Origin: Candidatus Harpocratesius repetitus
GTDB taxonomy: Archaea > Asgardarchaeota > Lokiarchaeia > Sigyniarchaeales > Promethearchaeaceae
DNA length: 32,000 nucleotides
NCBI GenBank assembly: GCA_021498095.1
Contig: JAIZWK010000001.1
Span: 3,930,001-3,962,000 of the forward strand
Direction of reading: 5' to 3'
Shown: piece by piece, positions 26,437 to 32,000 of the stretch
How positions within the stretch are numbered: position 1 is the stretch's first letter
Layout of the letters: every line of letters begins with the position of its first letter
Program-made: the position numbers and the translations under genes
Notes under the pieces: model-generated
The model's input: only the letters and a program-made list of their open reading frames with translations
The model's database searches: none
Told to the model about the DNA's origin: nothing

Positions 26437-27615
26437 TTATTCAGCAATAGGCTTCTGAGACTCTTTTTCTTTTTCAATAGATGTTCCTGGAGGATTTTCT
26501 GAAGATTTCTCTTCTAATGGAGAATTTTTTTCAGATAAAGAATGATCTTCCAATGTAGGTTGATCTTTTAATCCAGTTTTTTCTTTTAATGTAGTTTTTT
26601 CTTTCAAGCGTTTTTTTTCTTCTAATTCATGTTGAGGAAATGGAGGTAAATCCAATTTTTTTTGTCGAAATTCAATGGAAGCAGTTCTCTTTGATAATAT
26701 AGTAACTTTTTCTTGTAATTGATTAATTTTCTCAGTCAATTTTACCAATGAAGGCACTAATAACTCAAGGTTATCCGTAAATCGTTCAATTCGTCGATCA
26801 AATTCGGTTATTTTCTCATCCAATCGATGTAATCGTGTACGAGTTTCCAAATTATTCGTATCTAATTTTTCTTCAATTGAATTCAATCGAGTTATTGTGT
26901 TTTTTGCCAAATTCACTGTTTGCTCAGAATCAAATGTTGTAGGTAAAGATTGTAATTTTTGCTCAATCTGATCTAATCTACCATCAATGGTGCTTAAAGT
27001 AGAAATGTCAAGAGTATCAATTCGATCATAAATTCCCTGTAAATCACCTTTTACTACAACATTATTTAATTTTTCTTGAAGTTGAAGAATATTATCATTG
27101 GATTTTGATTTTTCGGACAAATTGGTAATACTTCGCTCTATATCGATAAGTTTATTTTCCACATTCATTGAATTTAATTTGTAATCTATATTTTCAAAAT
27201 TCTTCTTAATATCAACGCCCGTTAGTATGTTTTCAATACTATCGACCTTCTGGCGTAAATAAGGATCAGAATACTTTTCAGATAATCTAGAAAGGTTTTG
27301 TCCCTTTAGATCAGATGGTGATGAAGCAGCAGGAACAACAGGAGCAACAGGAGCGACTGAAGGGTTTTGGATAATTTGGTGATATTTTGTACTTAAATCT
27401 TCACTTGGTGCTCTTCCATAAGGGTTAGCTGCTACAGTTGGAGAAAAAGAAGCAGTTTTTGGGGTAATTGGTATTTGCTGATTAACTGCAGATCTAGGTA
27501 GTGGGGTTCCTTTCTCGAATTTAACTGGTTTTCCACAATAAGTGCAAAACTTCTGGCCAGGTTTTAAAGGTTTGCCACAACCCCAACAAAATTTCGGTGT
27601 TTTTTGTGCAGGCAT
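26437..27615 (-). CDS. Hypothetical protein: N-terminal double zinc ribbon, Pro/Ala-rich linker, long coiled coil, repetitive charged tail
   Basis: CWGC-x10-CTYC; heptad-like segments (RLDQIEQKL, RLNSIEEKL, KINQLQEKV); no TM helix seen. Confidence 0.78.
   Translation of the reverse strand: MPAQKTPKFCWGCGKPLKPGQKFCTYCGKPVKFEKGTPLPRSAVNQQIPITPKTASFSPTVAANPYGRAPSEDLSTKYHQIIQNPSVAPVAPVVPAASSPSDLKGQNLSRLSEKYSDPYLRQKVDSIENILTGVDIKKNFENIDYKLNSMNVENKLIDIERSITNLSEKSKSNDNILQLQEKLNNVVVKGDLQGIYDRIDTLDISTLSTIDGRLDQIEQKLQSLPTTFDSEQTVNLAKNTITRLNSIEEKLDTNNLETRTRLHRLDEKITEFDRRIERFTDNLELLVPSLVKLTEKINQLQEKVTILSKRTASIEFRQKKLDLPPFPQHELEEKKRLKEKTTLKEKTGLKDQPTLEDHSLSEKNSPLEEKSSENPPGTSIEKEKESQKPIAE
26500..26625 (-). 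repeat. Degenerate 18-bp (6-aa) tandem repeat in the coding tail
   Basis: Units TTAGAAGAAAAAAAACGC, TTGAAAGAAAAAACTACA, TTAAAAGAAAAAACTGGA, TTAAAAGATCAACCTACA, then shorter or longer degenerate units (LEEKKR/LKEKTT/LKEKTG/LKDQPT/LEDHS/LSEKNSP/LEEKSS). Confidence 0.75.
27331..27357 (-). repeat. 9-bp x3 imperfect tandem repeat encoding VAPVAPVVP
   Basis: Plus strand AGGAACAAC AGGAGCAAC AGGAGCGAC. Confidence 0.7.
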
Positions 27616-27800
27616 GATGCATCTCCAAGGTTGGTTATTATAATTGTGATTTAGTTAGAATTATATTAATTATAGGAACAATAGAATGAAAAAGTTTAAG
27701 ATGCCAATAATTGGCACATATATTACTTAATTTAATATTTGCTGTACATAACCAAACGAAGTTCAAAAATCTTTTTCAGCTTTTAAATGCATATAAATGC

Positions 27801-28349
27801 TTATTGAAAGGAAGACTTCTTGTTTAAAACGTGTAATTCAACTAATTTATTGTTCAAATCAGTAAAAAGTTTCTCTAAATTTACGCCGGTTTTTGCCGAT
27901 GTCTCATAATAGCGAGCGTTCAACTGCTCAGCTAATGCTAATCCTTCTGATCTCGACACAACTCGTTCATCAGTTAAGTCGAGTTTATTTCCTACTAATA
28001 CACGTGGCACGTTAGGAACATATTGATCAGCTTCTTTTACCCAATTTTCAATATCAATAAAACTTTCCCGATCTGTAATATCAAACACGTATATTGTAGC
28101 AAAACTACCTTGATAAAATCCAGGACGGACAAATGCAAAGCTAGATTGACCGGCTAAGTCCCATATTTGTAGTCGACATACGGTGTTTTCATCATATCTT
28201 AACATTTTGATAGCAAAATTACTACCTATGGTCATTAAATAGTTAGCTTTGAACTTGTTTTCTGTATATTGAAGGACCATGGAGGTTTTACCGACTCCAC
28301 CATTTCCAAGTACACTTACTTTAAAAATGTATTCACGGACGTCGCGCAT
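27801..28349 (-). CDS. Rab-like small GTPase (Ras superfamily)
   Basis: G1 GNGGVGKTS, G2 YLMTIG, RLQIWDLAGQ, FYQGS, VFDIT, G4 NKLD, G5 ETSAK; no C-terminal Cys. Confidence 0.95.
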   Translation of the reverse strand: MRDVREYIFKVSVLGNGGVGKTSMVLQYTENKFKANYLMTIGSNFAIKMLRYDENTVCRLQIWDLAGQSSFAFVRPGFYQGSFATIYVFDITDRESFIDIENWVKEADQYVPNVPRVLVGNKLDLTDERVVSRSEGLALAEQLNARYYETSAKTGVNLEKLFTDLNNKLVELHVLNKKSSFQ

Positions 28350-28506
28350 TTTTCATTTTCACAGGATTTTGTTCCTAAATGTATGATCGTAATACAGATC
28401 TTTTGCACAGATTAAATATTGATATGAAGAGTATTTCTTGTTAAATTATTAATTCTTTGGTCAGATTAGTTTTACTTCATAAATAGAGATACGATGAGAA
28501 GCTTAA

Positions 28507-29664
28507 TTAATGAATTGTCGAGTCTTCCTTAATGGTTTGTGCATCAAGAGTAATACCAGATGAAATTGTTGCATTAGGACCAATAATCGAATTACTGCGA
28601 ATTACACAATTATCTCCGATAGTGCAACCATCAGCTATAACAGATTGTTCGATTTGGACATTATTTCCAATTTTGCAATTATCCCAAATAACACTTCTTG
28701 AAATATGTGTATTTGATCCTATTTGACAATGGGAACCAATAACAGATAATTCGTGAATATAAGAATTATCACCAAAATGATTATCAGAACCGAAACACAC
28801 AAAGTTATCATGAGAAACAGTGGGTTTTTCATTATTTAGATACCAAATATGCTCATTTCCTTGTCTAGTACCATAAGGAGTGATTGGATAACCATAGAGT
28901 CTTAAAACATCCCAATTACTCCAAAGATATGTAGTAGGATTCCCCACATCAAGCCAATAATAGTTTCTTACGAAACCATAAAGTGAATAACGATGTTCAA
29001 GCAAATATGGAAAAACCTCTTTACCAAAGTCCATAAAATCAGAAGAATTAATTAATTTAAGAATATCATGTTTAAAACAGTAAATTCCAGTATTGATTAT
29101 CGGTAATGGATCTGAAGCTCCACCTGTAAGTGCAGAGAGATAGATTTCTTCACTGCTTGGTTTTTCTAAAAAGCGAATTATACGTGATTCGGAATCAAGA
29201 AGAGTATTTCCATATTTTGTTGCCATTTCTTCAATTCTTTTCATGCTAACTGTGGCTTGAGCATTCTTTTTTTCGTGAAATTCCATGAATTCGCGTATAG
29301 GTAAGTTTGTAACGATATCTGCCATGCTAACTACGAAATTATCCGTGTCGATAAGATGAGAGACTTTGCGAACTGCATCAGCAGTTCCTTTAGAATCCAC
29401 ATGAGGAACGAGTACTTCAAGACCAATTTCTGCAAGTCTTTTTGAATCCCACGTTGTTTGAATGAGGTTACGCAACTTATCTCCTAAATGCTTAACAACA
29501 ATAATAATTTTCTTTATCCCTGCATATCGCAAATGATCAATGGCATAATCTACCATTGGTTTATTTCCAACTGGAACCATTGGTTTACAAATTTTGGCGG
29601 TTAATGGATTTAAACGTGAACCCAACCCACCAGCTAAGATAACGGCACTCCAAGATTTAGTCAT
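28507..29664 (-). CDS. Sugar-1-phosphate nucleotidyltransferase with C-terminal left-handed beta-helix (mannose-1-P guanylyltransferase/GlgC-like family)
   Basis: ILAGGLGSRLNPLT, KPMVPVGNKP, GTADAV, FLEKP, INTGIY, DFGKEVFP, YWLDVG, hexapeptide repeats. ATG at 29664 with a GGAG SD. Confidence 0.9.
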   Translation of the reverse strand: MTKSWSAVILAGGLGSRLNPLTAKICKPMVPVGNKPMVDYAIDHLRYAGIKKIIIVVKHLGDKLRNLIQTTWDSKRLAEIGLEVLVPHVDSKGTADAVRKVSHLIDTDNFVVSMADIVTNLPIREFMEFHEKKNAQATVSMKRIEEMATKYGNTLLDSESRIIRFLEKPSSEEIYLSALTGGASDPLPIINTGIYCFKHDILKLINSSDFMDFGKEVFPYLLEHRYSLYGFVRNYYWLDVGNPTTYLWSNWDVLRLYGYPITPYGTRQGNEHIWYLNNEKPTVSHDNFVCFGSDNHFGDNSYIHELSVIGSHCQIGSNTHISRSVIWDNCKIGNNVQIEQSVIADGCTIGDNCVIRSNSIIGPNATISSGITLDAQTIKEDSTIH

Positions 29665-29740
29665 AATTATTAATCTCCATATTAACAAAAAATAATCAAG
29701 TGTCTCCATAACTTGACTATTTTAATCAAATTAAATCAAC

Positions 29741-31141
29741 TTAAATAATAGATTGTATAAATTCTTCTGCTTTTGCAATAAGTATTTCAGATTTTTCTGC
29801 ATTTAATCCTTCAGCTTCAAGTTCTACAGCATTGGCATGCATAGAAGGACAAATAGAAACCCATCCTAAATCTTTAAAAATTAATTTCATGCCAATAATA
29901 ATATCTTGATAATCAATATTTGCTTTTCCTTGGGTCTGAATTAATTCCCGTAAAGATTCTTTACAAGTAGACATATTTTCATAACTAGTACTTATTGATT
30001 TATATGAATGAATTGTACGAGGAAAAGAGCGAATTAAAGCAGAAAGGGGGATTTTTTCACGTGCCAATATTTCTAAGATCTTTAGAGTAGTATAAACACC
30101 ATCGCTGAACGGTCCATAATTTGGAAAATAGAATTTCATAGTATCAGCACCTCCAAAGATTCCGCGCTGTTCTCTTAGCTCACGTGATATTTCACCAGGA
30201 AAATTTCGGGTTTTAAGTAATGTGAAACCACCTAATTCTTGAGCAAATTCCCCAATAATTTTAGATGCAGTTTTTGTTGTAATAATTGGTTGTTCTTTAG
30301 TAGATGAAATAATGGGGTCATATTTCATAAAAAACATCATTAATTCTTCAAAAGTTAGTATTTTTCCTGTTTCATCGATATAAAGTGCACGGGATCCATC
30401 AGTATCTAGAATTACTCCTAAATCTGCTTGAGATGCCTTCACAATATTTACTGCACTTTTAATTGATCTTAGATTAGGATACATCTCTGCTGATTTCTGA
30501 TCATTTTCATAGGCATTTATAGCTATAACATCAACCTTAAGACTTGTTAAAATTCCAGGAAGGACAATAGATCCGGGACCATAAGAACAATCACAAACAA
30601 CGTGCATTTGTTTTTTATTTTTGAATAAGTTTTGATCAACGAGTTGTGGAATGGCTTTTCGATAAATATCTTGAGTATGGGGTATATCAGTAATAGCACC
30701 AACATCAAGTGGTTTTGCTCTATTAATTTTATTTTGTCTTAAATATTCATTAACACTATCAAGTTTTTTAATATCAAATTCTATTCCAGAAGAATCATAA
30801 AAACGAATTTGATTTTGCATTTTTCCTGTCGAAACAGAAGAAAAATAAGCGCCAGCTGAAGCACCAAATCTTCGGATAGAAAATTGAAGAACAGAGACAG
30901 GTGCTGAATGAAGATTTAAAATATCAACCCCAGAACTCATTAAACCACCAATAAATGCACGTTTAAGCATTCGATTATTATTTGAATATTCACGAGCAAT
31001 TACCGCAATTCCTTTTGAGCCTAAATATGTCCCGAAAGCTGCACCGATTTTAGCTGCAAGTTCTGGAGTTAAAATTTCATTACCAATTGCTTGAATTCGT
31101 CCCCGATTAATTATGTCTTTCAAATTTGTAATTTCGCTCAT
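29741..31141 (-). CDS. Alpha-D-phosphohexomutase (PMM/PGM)-like protein with degenerate catalytic motifs
   Basis: Family scaffold intact (LTPELAAKIGAAFGT, VVCDCSYGPGS, ADLGVILD, SDGVYTTLKILE), but TASHNP, DGDGDR, GEESG and RxSGTEP are all altered. Confidence 0.85.
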   Translation of the reverse strand: MSEITNLKDIINRGRIQAIGNEILTPELAAKIGAAFGTYLGSKGIAVIAREYSNNNRMLKRAFIGGLMSSGVDILNLHSAPVSVLQFSIRRFGASAGAYFSSVSTGKMQNQIRFYDSSGIEFDIKKLDSVNEYLRQNKINRAKPLDVGAITDIPHTQDIYRKAIPQLVDQNLFKNKKQMHVVCDCSYGPGSIVLPGILTSLKVDVIAINAYENDQKSAEMYPNLRSIKSAVNIVKASQADLGVILDTDGSRALYIDETGKILTFEELMMFFMKYDPIISSTKEQPIITTKTASKIIGEFAQELGGFTLLKTRNFPGEISRELREQRGIFGGADTMKFYFPNYGPFSDGVYTTLKILEILAREKIPLSALIRSFPRTIHSYKSISTSYENMSTCKESLRELIQTQGKANIDYQDIIIGMKLIFKDLGWVSICPSMHANAVELEAEGLNAEKSEILIAKAEEFIQSII

Positions 31142-31253
31142 TATGATATCACTTAGCACTAGATGGATTATAATTTATGTAACAATCTATATAATTATTA
31201 ATAGATATTCAGTCCCTTAAATGATTTTAATAATTAATCTTGATAATTGATTT

Positions 31254-32000
31254 CTATTTAAGTGATTCTAATAAGTGACTTACTTGATATTTAGCTTTTT
31301 GTGCCATGTCCCTCCATGTTAGAGTGAGATTTAGGTTTTGGGAGATAATTTCTGCATTTTTATCATAGATGGCAGGAATTAAAGAAATCAAAAATAACCA
31401 ATGGCATAATATATTAAAGCGATCTGCATTAAGCCATAGGATTTCTTGATATCGATTGAATTGTAGATAATTTTGAATTTCAGGATCGTTAAAGATTTTT
31501 GCTAATAAAGAATAGGATTTTGATACTCCATCCATAACACCTTTATTAAACCAATTTTGATGGACAATAAGTAGTTTAAGTAAATATAGAAGTTCAGAAA
31601 GATTAGAATCTTTTTCACAGATTTCTCCCATTACCCATTCCACAACATTCCCCAAGCGCCATTCTTCAAGCCAACTTCGACTTAAATTTTCAAAATCTTT
31701 ATTATAACGAATTTCTCCTAATCGATGAAGAGTAATCCAAGCGTAAAACAAGCCCCATTCTTCTATGTTTTTAGGTAAAAATGATTCTATAGCCTGCCAA
31801 TCATCTGATTTTAAGGAAATTCTTTTCAGTTCTTCTTTAAAATGGACAAAAAGATTCAATTCAGATTTCAAATGTTGTAAAAATTTCTCTAATTGCGCTA
31901 AAAGTTTAGTATTATCTATAGAAGAACTAAGAAATTTCCCAATTTCGCTCGAAAAAAGGTTGATTTGTTGAGAAATAGGATCATCCATAATATTAAAAGT
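31254..32000 (-). CDS. C-terminal part of a larger protein extending beyond the window; tentatively a large alpha-amylase-family glycoside hydrolase
   Basis: The frame stays open from the ATG at 31988 to the window edge. LQFNRYQEILWLNADRF and SRSWLEEWRLG resemble, from memory, the C-terminal region of large bacterial alpha-amylase-family proteins. Catalytic domain not visible. Confidence 0.5.
   Translation of the reverse strand, partial: TFNIMDDPISQQINLFSSEIGKFLSSSIDNTKLLAQLEKFLQHLKSELNLFVHFKEELKRISLKSDDWQAIESFLPKNIEEWGLFYAWITLHRLGEIRYNKDFENLSRSWLEEWRLGNVVEWVMGEICEKDSNLSELLYLLKLLIVHQNWFNKGVMDGVSKSYSLLAKIFNDPEIQNYLQFNRYQEILWLNADRFNILCHWLFLISLIPAIYDKNAEIISQNLNLTLTWRDMAQKAKYQVSHLLESLK

Noticed and set aside
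24103-31971. Short ORFs at 24103, 28532 and 31765
   Set aside because: Antisense shadows of nadC, the nucleotidyltransferase and the edge gene.
1-32000. CRISPR arrays, tRNA/rRNA genes, IS elements, integrases and selenoprotein (in-frame UGA) genes
   Set aside because: No regularly spaced repeats, cloverleaf or rRNA-like GC-rich segments, transposase motifs, or conserved ORFs interrupted by TGA were found by manual reading.

Overview
AT-rich archaeal chromosomal window, most likely from an Asgard archaeon (Lokiarchaeia-like). This is inferred from two Rab-like small GTPases together with eL38, eL40, aIF5A, Cdc48, FEN1, Nob1 and SRP54. It holds about 31 protein-coding genes. They fall into an informational block (aIF5A-NAD kinase-Nob1-FEN1-Cdc48; SRP54; eL40-eL38-Pth2), several metabolic genes (purM, pyrC-like, nadC, PLP aminotransferase, YgiQ radical SAM), several uncharacterised membrane or Zn-ribbon proteins, and a sugar-phosphate cluster running off the right edge. 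No rRNA, tRNA, CRISPR array, integrase or transposase was seen. Best leads: (1) a phosphohexomutase homologue that has lost all its catalytic motifs, lying directly upstream of an intact sugar-1-P nucleotidyltransferase (candidate pseudoenzyme/regulatory pair); (2) a double-Zn-ribbon protein with a predicted trimeric coiled coil next to a Rab-like GTPase; (3) a TrmB-type regulator, apparently starting at a non-AUG codon, translationally coupled to a second Rab-like GTPase; (4) a NikR-fold regulator lacking most nickel ligands; (5) an eL40 gene missed by the ORF track. All family calls come from motif recognition by eye; no database searches were run.
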